A DNA stretch of 64,000 nucleotides from a virus (IMGVR_UViG_3300011113_000287:1-64000); one strand, 5' to 3'; positions 19,898 to 27,906 are shown, counted from the first letter of the stretch. Made by a program: numbers and translations. The notes: generated from the letters alone by a model not told the origin.

Positions 19898-20143
19898 ATG
19901 GCTTCTTCTGACCACATAAGCGGAAAACAGTTTAGAAAAGTAGGGCCGTACAGGATGATTCGCCACCGAACTGGTCATTGGGAGTCAGAAGACGGCTTTC
20001 ACTTCATCCAGGGCACACCACCGACAAAATTTTGGGACGTTCAAAAAGACCCAGACGTCTACGACCCAGTTTACGAATCCGATGCTTCAAGCCTCGTAAA
20101 CGCCGTTTATCAGTTCAGAAAGTACCAAGAAGAGACAAAGTAA
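19898..20143 (+). CDS. Tagged small protein (MASSDHISGKQF)
   Basis: 81 aa, coupled to the next gene. Confidence 0.7.
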   Translation: MASSDHISGKQFRKVGPYRMIRHRTGHWESEDGFHFIQGTPPTKFWDVQKDPDVYDPVYESDASSLVNAVYQFRKYQEETK

Positions 20144-20514
20144 TGGCTGCCAAGGACCATCTTCAGGGAGAACAGTTGCGAATGTTCATGCGTCCCCACG
20201 AAATCAAGGGCATGATAGGGTCATCAGAGGACATGTTTCATCTTCACAACCCAGATTTGACCGAAGAAGAGCAAAAACAACAGGAAACGATGCCGAATTT
20301 GTGGGCGTTCAAGCGACACCATTGGGGTCCTTGGGAAAAATTGCAGAAATCCGTTGAGAAAGAGGGCGTAGAAAACCCAATTGAGGTCAAAATACCGTCT
20401 CGTATCTTCCCCACTTACAGAATGAGGGAAGGTCATCACCGTGTTATTGCCGCAGAGATGGCAGAAGAAGTCACAAACAAGGAATACTACGTCCCAATCA
20501 CCTATTTACGGTAA
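20143..20514 (+). CDS. Tagged ParB/Srx-like protein (MAAKDHLQGEQL)
   Basis: LQKSVEKEGVENPI...MREGHHRVIAA; start at the TAATG overlap. Confidence 0.75.
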   Translation: MAAKDHLQGEQLRMFMRPHEIKGMIGSSEDMFHLHNPDLTEEEQKQQETMPNLWAFKRHHWGPWEKLQKSVEKEGVENPIEVKIPSRIFPTYRMREGHHRVIAAEMAEEVTNKEYYVPITYLR

Positions 20515-20526
20515 TCAAAACTGAAC

Positions 20527-21060
20527 ATGGCTGCCAAAGACAACCTGCATCAAGCCCAGTTTGAGCAACATATTGCTGATTTTGCCAAAGAAACTGGAGT
20601 ACAAGTGTACGGAACGCATACCGTGGCGGGAAATACCGTCATTCCCACCGTCCGTACGACACTGATGACACGTCAAAAAGACGGGAAACGGCAATACTAC
20701 ATGGAAGCCCATGTGCCAGGACAAGAAGGAAACCTCCACCATTTAACGGTCACGAATTACCATGGACCCACTTTTTACGGTCTTTCCCTGAGCCAAAACG
20801 CCAGGGGAGACGAAAATCTTGATACTCACGATTTGGAAGAGTTTTCTCGTGGCGTACGCCAACATTTGGCAAAGGCAACGGAGTTTCCGCCTTCTGGCGT
20901 CAAACAAGAAAATGAAATCATGAACGAACGTGCCGCCGTACGAGGCCATTACAACGAGTGGCATGAACGAAACAAACTACGAGCAGTGGAAGTCACAGAC
21001 TGGGACACGAACGAACACGCCACTCGTGTGTACGACCCAGTGACTAAGAAATATTTGTAA
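20527..21060 (+). CDS. Tagged hypothetical protein (MAAKDNLHQAQF)
   Basis: 177-aa ORF. Confidence 0.7.
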   Translation: MAAKDNLHQAQFEQHIADFAKETGVQVYGTHTVAGNTVIPTVRTTLMTRQKDGKRQYYMEAHVPGQEGNLHHLTVTNYHGPTFYGLSLSQNARGDENLDTHDLEEFSRGVRQHLAKATEFPPSGVKQENEIMNERAAVRGHYNEWHERNKLRAVEVTDWDTNEHATRVYDPVTKKYL

Positions 21061-21064
21061 CTTA

Positions 21065-21520
21065 GAATAGGGCTACTTGCCCGTTTACGCTGTACCCTGG
21101 AATAGGGCTATTGTGGAGGTGGCGAGGTCCTTAATGAGGGGATTACCCCACCAACCGCTTTTGCCCACGCATCACCTTCAAAAGTCCTGTCAGCAGAATG
21201 TTTAGGAGGGTTCATATCCTCCATGCCTTCTGCTACTTCATGTGCAACATTGAACATTGCCGTAGCAATGCCACGACGACGTAGGCGCTTGGGAACGTAT
21301 ACCCCAGTAATCTCCCCCTCTTGATTCCATGCAAGACTACCCAAGTGCATCCTGCCAAACGAATCATCTATGAAAGCCGTTATTTCATGCTCAGAAGCAC
21401 CTGGCATGACAGGAAAGAAATAGGCGAATTGCCGACCCATGTGGTCTGGACCGTAGTACAACGGTTTTTGCCTTCGTTCCATTTCTACTATTGTACATCG
21501 TTTTTGGAATAGGGCTATTG
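21065..21520. repeat. Direct repeat TGGAATAGGGCTATTG flanking the GNAT gene, plus a partial third copy
   Basis: Copies at 21098-21113 and 21505-21520; GAATAGGGCTA at 21065-21075; core AATAG-GG-CTATT is a dyad. Confidence 0.8.
21108..21482 (-). CDS. GNAT acetyltransferase with tag (PDHMGRQF)
   Basis: ITGVYVPKRLRRRGIATAM (acetyl-CoA motif A), HSADRTFEGDAWA. Confidence 0.8.
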   Translation of the reverse strand: MERRQKPLYYGPDHMGRQFAYFFPVMPGASEHEITAFIDDSFGRMHLGSLAWNQEGEITGVYVPKRLRRRGIATAMFNVAHEVAEGMEDMNPPKHSADRTFEGDAWAKAVGGVIPSLRTSPPPQ

Positions 21521-21564
21521 AAGGTAGTGGTGGCGGGTGGCGCCTCAGTCCTACCCCCCTGCTC

Positions 21565-21578
21565 CGAACACACGTTCG
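21565..21578. promoter_or_regulatory. LexA (SOS) box, Gram-positive/actinobacterial type
   Basis: CGAAC-ACAC-GTTCG perfect dyad in non-coding DNA. Confidence 0.55.
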
Positions 21579-21650
21579 TTTAAGGGTGGGGGGGTGTGAC
21601 GGGGGTCACGTGGGTGCTTAGTCACTCCATGTGTCCCCCGTCACGGTATC

Positions 21651-21998
21651 CTATGCCACCTCCGTAGTGACTTGCGTCACGGGGGTGATACCTGCGCCTG
21701 CGAGTGCGGTGACAAGTGCCACCATCGCCTGCCTCATCGCCTCCACCTGTCCTGTGAGCGTGTCCACGTCCTTGCGGAGCGTCTCCACCTCGTAACCTTT
21801 GGCATAGTCGTCCATGTCGGGCAAGTCCTCCTGCCGAGCATAGTCTGACATGTCGTAGTGGTCGGACGGGTCACTCCACCCTCCGAGTGCGCTGGTGATA
21901 GCGTCGGACATGTCCATGTTGCTGACTGCCTCCTCCGCTATCTCTCGCACGTGGTCGGTGAAGTCGTCCCCGAACTCCACGCTGAACGTTGTGGTCAT
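21651..21998 (-). CDS. Hypothetical acidic coiled-coil protein
   Basis: MTTTFSVEF start after AGGAG; downstream of promoter P1. Confidence 0.7.
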   Translation of the reverse strand: MTTTFSVEFGDDFTDHVREIAEEAVSNMDMSDAITSALGGWSDPSDHYDMSDYARQEDLPDMDDYAKGYEVETLRKDVDTLTGQVEAMRQAMVALVTALAGAGITPVTQVTTEVA

Positions 21999-22043
21999 GT
22001 GTTGTCTCCTTTGTCCCATCGGTGCGGTTGCCCCGATGCCCTC

Positions 22044-22074
22044 AGTCTGCCACACGGAATACTATCGGTGTCAA
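22044..22074 (-). promoter_or_regulatory. Promoter P1 (19-bp spacer)
   Basis: TTGACA-CCGATAGTATTCCGTGTGG-CAGACT. Confidence 0.8.
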
Positions 22075-22206
22075 ATGCTCCCGTGTGACGTTCGTCACGT
22101 GCCCTACGGTTGGGGCTATGGGTGACGGCGGTCACATGGGTGCGGAATGGGGGTAGGGGTGTGACACTCGTCACGTCCCCACCTATTGCTATCCGTGTGT
22201 CCTGCG

Positions 22207-22443
22207 TCACGCTGTCACCTCGTACCGACTCATGTCCCCTACGGGGAGTGCCACGCCGAACGCTTCCGTCCAGCCACACGCCATGAGGAACGTGTTACGT
22301 ACGAAGCGTGGGTTATCCTCAACGCACATGTCTGCGAACGCATGGCATAACGTCCCCCATGCGAGCACTCCCTCTGGTGTCTCAATGGTATCTAAGTGCT
22401 CTTTGAGCACTAATGCCATCGCCCGATAGTCCTTACGTGTCAT
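22207..22443 (-). CDS. Hypothetical protein (MTRKDY...NPRF)
   Basis: AGGAGG RBS; downstream of P2. Confidence 0.75.
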   Translation of the reverse strand: MTRKDYRAMALVLKEHLDTIETPEGVLAWGTLCHAFADMCVEDNPRFVRNTFLMACGWTEAFGVALPVGDMSRYEVTA

Positions 22444-22464
22444 GATTACTACCTCCTGTGTCCC

Positions 22465-22495
22465 AGACTACTATTGCCCGTACTATCCGTGTCAA
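22465..22495 (-). promoter_or_regulatory. Promoter P2
   Basis: TTGACA-CGGATAGTACGGGCAATAG-TAGTCT; CRP-like site at 22505. Confidence 0.8.
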
Positions 22496-22579
22496 ATGCC
22501 CGTGTGTGACGTGCGTCACGCATGTGCGTGGTCGTGCGCTCGTGCGTGGTCGCCCGTGTGGTCGCACCTGTGTGGTCGG

Positions 22580-22894
22580 TCACTTCCACGTGGGGTTACC
22601 TGCCCTCGTCATCACGACGTACACTACGTCGTTCCATACCTTGCGCCGTGCTTTCATGCCTCGCAGGTCGTGTGCCTCCACCTTCCATTGGATAGGCTCG
22701 TTGTCGTCCATCTCCACGTCTCCGACGAACGTGTCGTAGTGCGTCCAGCCCCTACCTCCCGTGTCGGCATCGTTGTCGTCGTCAATGAGTTCGTAGAACT
22801 CGTCCTCCGACATGGTGTCGTACCAGCACCCCCCGTCATTGACACGCTTGGGCGAGCCATCGGGGTTCGTGCGTACTGTGCTAATCGTTGTCAT
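22580..22894 (-). CDS. Hypothetical acidic protein
   Basis: MTTISTVR start after AGGAGG; downstream of P3. Confidence 0.7.
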   Translation of the reverse strand: MTTISTVRTNPDGSPKRVNDGGCWYDTMSEDEFYELIDDDNDADTGGRGWTHYDTFVGDVEMDDNEPIQWKVEAHDLRGMKARRKVWNDVVYVVMTRAGNPTWK

Positions 22895-23108
22895 TCTTGC
22901 CTCCTGCCCCCAGCGTAACATTCGCCGTACTATCGGTGTCAAGCCCACGTGTGTGACGCTTGGCACGCCTACGTGCGTGTGTGGTCGTGCGTGTGGTCGT
23001 CCCCGTAGCCTCACGGTGATTACGACGGGTACACTTGCCACATACCTTGTGTGCGGTGAACGCCACCATCATGTCGCTGGTGTCTCCGCATTGTGAGCAC
23101 GGGGTCAT
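22881..23108 (-). CDS. Small Zn-finger protein
   Basis: CSQC...CGKC; the C-terminal tail reads through regulatory DNA. Confidence 0.5.
   Translation of the reverse strand: MTPCSQCGDTSDMMVAFTAHKVCGKCTRRNHREATGTTTRTTTHARRRAKRHTRGLDTDSTANVTLGAGGKNDND
22912..22942 (-). promoter_or_regulatory. Promoter P3
   Basis: TTGACA-CCGATAGTACGGCGAATGT-TACGCT; CRP-like site at 22952. Confidence 0.8.
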
Positions 23109-23416
23109 GAGATAGCCTCCTCGTCCATGTCGTCGTCGTCGTCCATCGCAAGGTTGGGGAAGTAGGTGACGGTTGCGTTGCGCCCCATGCTGTCTTGCCT
23201 ATTCCACGTGTCCACCAGCATGGTGAGCGTGTCACGCTCGTCCATGTCCATGAGATTACGGGCAAGTGCCAGCAAGCACTTCACGGGGTCATCGCTCACG
23301 ATGCCCAGACATGACTTGCCGTACATGTTGCGCCCTGAGTAGGCACGGACTTCGCCGTCCCCGTTGAGGGCTGTCTCAATGTTGCTTATCTGTTCGTCGG
23401 TCAGTTTCGTTGTCAT
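23105..23416 (-). CDS. Hypothetical protein (YSGRxMYGxxC type)
   Basis: Leaderless start 6 nt after the -10 of P4. Confidence 0.75.
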   Translation of the reverse strand: MTTKLTDEQISNIETALNGDGEVRAYSGRNMYGKSCLGIVSDDPVKCLLALARNLMDMDERDTLTMLVDTWNRQDSMGRNATVTYFPNLAMDDDDDMDEEAIS

Positions 23417-23422
23417 GTCCCC

Positions 23423-23453
23423 AACTTATCATTCGCAATACTATCGCCGTCAA
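23423..23453 (-). promoter_or_regulatory. Promoter P4
   Basis: TTGACG-GCGATAGTATTGCGAATGA-TAAGTT; CRP-like site at 23463. Confidence 0.8.
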
Positions 23454-23515
23454 GTGCTTTCGTGTGACACACGTCACTTACGCATGCGTGCGTGTGGTCG
23501 TAGTGTGTGTGGTCA

Positions 23516-23917
23516 TTAGTGACAACGTATCCACTCAACGGGGTTCTCCCGATAGTACCTGTCCCGTCGCTCGCACGCCAGCCGATACACTTCGTCCTCG
23601 TACGCCTTGTAGTACGCCCGTGCCCACGCTCGCACCTCCCATTGGAGCACGTACCTTTCGGGCATCTCCTTGCCATACGTCTCCTGCCACGCCTCAATGG
23701 GGTTGGGCATGTCTGCCTCCCATGCGAGTGTGCCCCCGATGTGGGCATGGATAATGTGGTTCAGGGCTTCCATGCTCATGTCCCCTATCTCGTGGAACAG
23801 GTCATGGTAGGCATGTGCCGTACCGACGATGCGTCCCCATTCGTTCCATTCGTGTCTGTGCTTCTCCCACGTGTCCTCGTACGTGTGCGTGTGGTCGTCC
23901 GTGCGTGTGGTCGTCAC
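23516..23917 (-). CDS. Hypothetical protein
   Basis: GTG start overlapping the upstream stop, GAGG RBS. Confidence 0.65.
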   Translation of the reverse strand: MTTTRTDDHTHTYEDTWEKHRHEWNEWGRIVGTAHAYHDLFHEIGDMSMEALNHIIHAHIGGTLAWEADMPNPIEAWQETYGKEMPERYVLQWEVRAWARAYYKAYEDEVYRLACERRDRYYRENPVEWIRCH

Positions 23918-24207
23918 TTCGCCACCTCGCTCGTTGCCAACATCTCCACGCTGGGGAAGTAGTCGGGGTAATGGTTCTCCCAACAGTCGTCGTTAGCGTC
24001 CTCCCATGACTGAATGTAAAGCGTGCCGTCCTTGCCCTCGCCGTCCCACTCCGTAGCCTCCAATGCCACGTGTGCCACGTCGTCGGTGTGTGTGGGCTTG
24101 CGAACGGACACGATGACGTGTGCCCCGTCCCATGCTTCGCCTTCCTCCAACACTACTTTAACTACCGTAATGCCACCTGTCTTGTGAGTAATGTGTGTCG
24201 TTGCCAT
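23914..24207 (-). CDS. Hypothetical protein
   Basis: AGGAGG RBS; downstream of P5. Confidence 0.7.
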   Translation of the reverse strand: MATTHITHKTGGITVVKVVLEEGEAWDGAHVIVSVRKPTHTDDVAHVALEATEWDGEGKDGTLYIQSWEDANDDCWENHYPDYFPSVEMLATSEVAK

Positions 24208-24225
24208 TAGTTGCCTCCTACCGCA

Positions 24226-24256
24226 ACAGTATCATTAACACTACTATCGGTGTCAA
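24226..24256 (-). promoter_or_regulatory. Promoter P5
   Basis: TTGACA-CCGATAGTAGTGTTAATGA-TACTGT; CRP-like site at 24266. Confidence 0.8.
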
Positions 24257-24272
24257 GCGTGGTCATGTGACG

Positions 24273-25028
24273 TTAGTCACCCCACCATTCGCTGCTCGTG
24301 GTGTTACCGTGCTCGTCGTACCTGCGAGGCTGGTCAAGTTCTGCGATAGTCTCCAATGCGTACTCGTTGCCTGAGTAATACTCAATGGTGGCGTAGCCTG
24401 CCCTTGCCATCTCCCTACACAACGTCCGTATCTCGTCGTTCATGGTGTCCATCGCCTCCCACAACGCCCGTTCGTCGGCGGTCATGCGGTCACGGGACTT
24501 CTCAGTCATGGCGATGAAGTATCCATTCATTACTGCCGTCCCGTTGGCGGTGGAATAGCCCACCTCGTCGCCGTCCTCGTTGTAGTAGTGGATAGTGAAC
24601 GAACTTTCGTGGGGATAACTATTATCGCCCACGAAGTCGGCGTAGCGAATACCCTCGCCCCACGTAAGTGCCTTCGCTTCGTCGGCGTACAACTTGCCCC
24701 GAACGCTTGCCCCGTCTCCCTGACAGTACCCCAGCGAGTACGTCACACGGAAACCGTTGCGGTTCTTGTGGTCGCCTTCTGCGAACAACCTGCGCCACGA
24801 ATAGGACGTACCGTCGTGGTCGTCGCTTCCCGTTGCCCTGCGAATGAACACGTCTTGTAACGTCTCCACGATGTGCTCGTCGTTCATGTGTATGTAGTTG
24901 TACGAACGAACGTCCTCAACTACTTTCTGTTGTGCTTCCTTAGACAGTTCTGCGAACGTGTAAACGTAGCGAGAACGTGTCACCAATGTGTTTATCTCAT
25001 GTTGCGTTGTGGTCATGTTGTCCTCCAT
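24273..25028 (-). CDS. Hypothetical protein (VYTFxEL...YSLGYCQGDGAS)
   Basis: 251 aa; downstream of P6. Confidence 0.75.
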   Translation of the reverse strand: MEDNMTTTQHEINTLVTRSRYVYTFAELSKEAQQKVVEDVRSYNYIHMNDEHIVETLQDVFIRRATGSDDHDGTSYSWRRLFAEGDHKNRNGFRVTYSLGYCQGDGASVRGKLYADEAKALTWGEGIRYADFVGDNSYPHESSFTIHYYNEDGDEVGYSTANGTAVMNGYFIAMTEKSRDRMTADERALWEAMDTMNDEIRTLCREMARAGYATIEYYSGNEYALETIAELDQPRRYDEHGNTTSSEWWGD

Positions 25029-25034
25029 GCCCTA

Positions 25035-25065
25035 ACCTTATCATCTGGAATACTATCGCTGTCAA
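25035..25065 (-). promoter_or_regulatory. Promoter P6
   Basis: TTGACA-GCGATAGTATTCCAGATGA-TAAGGT; CRP-like site at 25075. Confidence 0.8.
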
Positions 25066-25085
25066 GCGGTGTTATGTGTCCGTTG

Positions 25086-25586
25086 TCACACGTAGTCGGT
25101 AAGCGGTTGCCCCGTGTAGGGTACTCCGAATGTCTGCTCGTACAACGCCAATCCATCTGCCCACTCGCTCCACGTCCCATCGCTGGTAACGTTCACCAAG
25201 TCGCCGTAGTGCTGGCTTGCTCGCAATAGTATTGCCGTCACTACTGCGTCGTAAGGCTTGTAGGCGGTCTTACAGAAGTTAAACACGCCTTCTCCCTTCT
25301 CAATGCCTTCCTTCTCCCACTCCGCTACCGACACTTCTGCTGACCAATACAGGGTCTCGTGCCCGTCCTTGCCAACTCCGTTGAGTGCGAAGTATCCTTC
25401 GGTAAAGTCAGGTTGAGTACCGTCCTCGCCTATGCCATTGGCAAGTGCGATGCCGTTCTCCTGCGCCTGCTTACAGATGCGTTGTGCGTCCAGCACCAAG
25501 CGTCCGTACGCCTCACGTGCCTGCGCCCGTGCGTGTGTGGTCGCTTGCGTGTGGTCGTGCCTGCGCCAATAGTGTGTGTATCCCAT
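25086..25586 (-). CDS. MGYTHYW-type phage protein
   Basis: MGYTHYW...HET...FCKTAYKPYD...SDG. Confidence 0.75.
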   Translation of the reverse strand: MGYTHYWRRHDHTQATTHARAQAREAYGRLVLDAQRICKQAQENGIALANGIGEDGTQPDFTEGYFALNGVGKDGHETLYWSAEVSVAEWEKEGIEKGEGVFNFCKTAYKPYDAVVTAILLRASQHYGDLVNVTSDGTWSEWADGLALYEQTFGVPYTGQPLTDYV

Positions 25587-25608
25587 GTGGTCGTATCCTC
25601 CTGTTGTC

Positions 25609-25639
25609 AATGTATCACACGAACTACTATCGGTGTCAA
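25609..25639 (-). promoter_or_regulatory. Promoter P7
   Basis: TTGACA-CCGATAGTAGTTCGTGTGA-TACATT. Confidence 0.8.
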
Positions 25640-25654
25640 GTCGTGTGGTCGTTG

Positions 25655-26119
25655 TCACCACGATGCGTGGTAGTAGAACTCCCAACTATCAGGCATAGTA
25701 AGTAAGTGCTTAATAAGTTTGGCGGTGTAGTCAATGTCCATGTAAAAGTATTCGTTGTGCGGTGTGTCATCACCCCACAGAAAACGAGAGGAAAACAACT
25801 CTTTGGCTTTACTGTGGTCGGCAATAACCTGCTCGCAACTTTCCAGCAACAGCGACAAGTCCTCACGAGGAACGTATGTTTCAGCACCATTATTCTCCTC
25901 ATAGTTGGTGTTATCTGCGAACCATTGGTGAATGTGGTAAGCCTTGCGCCATTGTCCTACCTTTACGCTCAACAAGACACTTTGTACCCACATGTCATTA
26001 TCAACGGAAAACTCAGCCACTTTACTAATCTCCATGAGTTTGTGAAAGTCCTCCAAATCGGTGCTGGTGCTGTACGACGAATAATAGTTCCTTGCGTACA
26101 AGTATTGGTCAAGTCCCAT
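25655..26119 (-). CDS. MGLDxY-type phage protein
   Basis: MGLDQYL...WRK...IHQWF...YYHASW. Confidence 0.75.
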   Translation of the reverse strand: MGLDQYLYARNYYSSYSTSTDLEDFHKLMEISKVAEFSVDNDMWVQSVLLSVKVGQWRKAYHIHQWFADNTNYEENNGAETYVPREDLSLLLESCEQVIADHSKAKELFSSRFLWGDDTPHNEYFYMDIDYTAKLIKHLLTMPDSWEFYYHASW

Positions 26120-26123
26120 GTGG

Positions 26124-26384
26124 TCACTTTCCTTTCTTGGATTTGGATTTTTTGGCTTTGGACTTCTTTCGCTTGCGCTTGTTTGCGTGGGCGACTATTT
26201 CCTCCAACGTCTTGCTCAACTTCACGTCAAGTTTGTAGTCCTTGCTTTGTGGAGACAACCGAAGCCACTCGTAGTCGTCAATGTCGTACACGGGTTGGTC
26301 GTTACTCCACATTGACAGTTGTCCGTTGTCCACCTGCCAACCATAACGCTTGTCCCATTTGATAACGAAGTAGTGTTCTTTCAT
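26124..26384 (-). CDS. Hypothetical protein with Lys-rich tail
   Basis: AGGAGG RBS; downstream of P8. Confidence 0.7.
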   Translation of the reverse strand: MKEHYFVIKWDKRYGWQVDNGQLSMWSNDQPVYDIDDYEWLRLSPQSKDYKLDVKLSKTLEEIVAHANKRKRKKSKAKKSKSKKGK

Positions 26385-26401
26385 GTTGTCCTCCTAGTTG
26401 G

Positions 26402-26432
26402 AATGTACCACACGGGTTACCATCGGTGTCAA
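26402..26432 (-). promoter_or_regulatory. Promoter P8
   Basis: TTGACA-CCGATGGTAACCCGTGTGG-TACATT. Confidence 0.8.
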
Positions 26433-26433
26433 G

Positions 26434-26958
26434 TCAGCCAACTTGCGTAAGTTCTCCGCACACTCCGCACGTGTAGTAGTCTCCCAGCGTTGTGGTCGGG
26501 TCAAAGTGATGCTCCCACGTCTCAATGGGGTGCGAGCACTCCGTGAGTGTGGTCTGCTGTTCCACCAAGCCTTCCAACTGCGCCACCTTGTCGCCTTCCT
26601 CCGCCATGTCAAACTTAAACAAATCTGCGCTGTCCCAATGAGAAACGTCCACGATGAAATCAACCGTGCCGTCGCCTTGCGTGGTCAGTTTCGCTCCTTC
26701 GGGCAACCGACGAACGATGTAGTAATCGTCGTCAGCGTTCCAAATGAGATACTGCTTGTCGTCGGCACACTCCCCACACACACGGTCTCCCGTGTCTCCG
26801 TTGGGGTAGTGCCCCGAACCATTGGGCACTTCCGTCCCACACTTGTCACATAAGTAGTAGTCGCTCCACGTGGGCAGTAAGTTGCTCTTGTTCCCACACA
26901 TTGTGTCCCCACAGTTGGGGCATGCCTTTCCGTCGTGGTCGGTGATAAAGGTAGTCAT
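26434..26958 (-). CDS. Multi-Zn-ribbon protein
   Basis: CPNC, CDKC, CGEC, CGVC. Confidence 0.65.
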   Translation of the reverse strand: MTTFITDHDGKACPNCGDTMCGNKSNLLPTWSDYYLCDKCGTEVPNGSGHYPNGDTGDRVCGECADDKQYLIWNADDDYYIVRRLPEGAKLTTQGDGTVDFIVDVSHWDSADLFKFDMAEEGDKVAQLEGLVEQQTTLTECSHPIETWEHHFDPTTTLGDYYTCGVCGELTQVG

Positions 26959-27095
26959 TTCAGGCTCTCCTTGATGTGCCACGCCAGCGCACGTCCCCTG
27001 TCGTACGACTCAATGTACGGTTCGGGGTAATGCGTAGTAACGTCGTAACGATACTCCCGTATGCCATTGATAAATGCCTTGATGTGTTTAATCAT
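26955..27095 (-). CDS. 46-aa protein (not in the ORF track)
   Basis: MIKHIKAFINGIREY...IKESLK; ATGA overlaps at both ends. Confidence 0.55.
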   Translation of the reverse strand: MIKHIKAFINGIREYRYDVTTHYPEPYIESYDRGRALAWHIKESLK

Positions 27096-27532
27096 TTCAG
27101 GCTCTCCCATACTTCATCGTCGTCTATCAGTTCTACTGCTTGCGATACTGCTTCCTGTACGTCAAAGTGAACGCAGTCCAACCAACCATCGGTGATACCT
27201 TCACCGTAGGCATACAAATCAAACCATGCGTTGTTAAGCCACTCAATGCGTTCGTCTAAGTCAGCAAGTTCCTTGTCGGTCTTGGCAATACTAATGAGGT
27301 CACTCACGTAGCGGATTATCTCGTCGGGCTGTTTGTTCGCTTTACGAGCCTCTTTGCTGTCCCACACGTGGATACGCATTACACCATCACAGAACACATG
27401 GATTTCCCTATCACCCTTGACTATCGTTGCTACGGGTTCGTGCGCCTGCCTGTCATTGACGTAGAACGCAGGGTCACGACGGAGCACCAAGTCGTCGTCG
27501 CTAAGGTAGTTGTATTGTACGCTGGCTGTCAT
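27092..27532 (-). CDS. Hypothetical protein
   Basis: 146 aa, coupled. Confidence 0.7.
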   Translation of the reverse strand: MTASVQYNYLSDDDLVLRRDPAFYVNDRQAHEPVATIVKGDREIHVFCDGVMRIHVWDSKEARKANKQPDEIIRYVSDLISIAKTDKELADLDERIEWLNNAWFDLYAYGEGITDGWLDCVHFDVQEAVSQAVELIDDDEVWESLK

Positions 27533-27906
27533 GACAACTCCAAGTTGGGTTGGACAAGCGTGAGTCCTAATGACTCACACACACTAAACGAGTTGTATGC
27601 GTCGGTGGGTTCGTCGCCCCATGACATGCCTGCGGTAATGTTAAACCTACGATTATCTACGTGAAAGAAACCACAGTCACGACGGCTCTCTGAGTCGTAC
27701 ACTTCCTCAATACAGTCAATGAGAAACTGTTGTACGTCCTCTGGTGTAGGCTCTGTGTTGTACCAGCGTGATGTGGCACACATGTCCTCCAAGAACGCCA
27801 CCGTGTTCTTGTACCGTTCTGGTGATGCCAAGTGCTTTGCGTTGTCATACGCCTGCTCTTTCGTGGCTTCCATCTCACAGATGGAGAACATCAGGTCTGC
27901 GCCCAC
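27529..27906 (-). CDS. Hypothetical protein (MGAD...GMSWGD)
   Basis: 125 aa. Confidence 0.7.
   Translation of the reverse strand: MGADLMFSICEMEATKEQAYDNAKHLASPERYKNTVAFLEDMCATSRWYNTEPTPEDVQQFLIDCIEEVYDSESRRDCGFFHVDNRRFNITAGMSWGDEPTDAYNSFSVCESLGLTLVQPNLELS

Larger units (their letters stand above)
21595..22211. promoter_or_regulatory. Arrays of CRP-like palindromes (TGTGAC-N4-GTCAC)
   Basis: Sites start at 21595, 21630, 21666 and at 22084, 22121, 22160, 22196; period about 36 nt. Confidence 0.7.

Noticed and set aside
21595-22211. Periodic palindromes as a mini-CRISPR array
   Set aside because: Repeat units are only ~14-16 nt with variable centres, the same motif occurs singly at promoters, and there is no cas operon.
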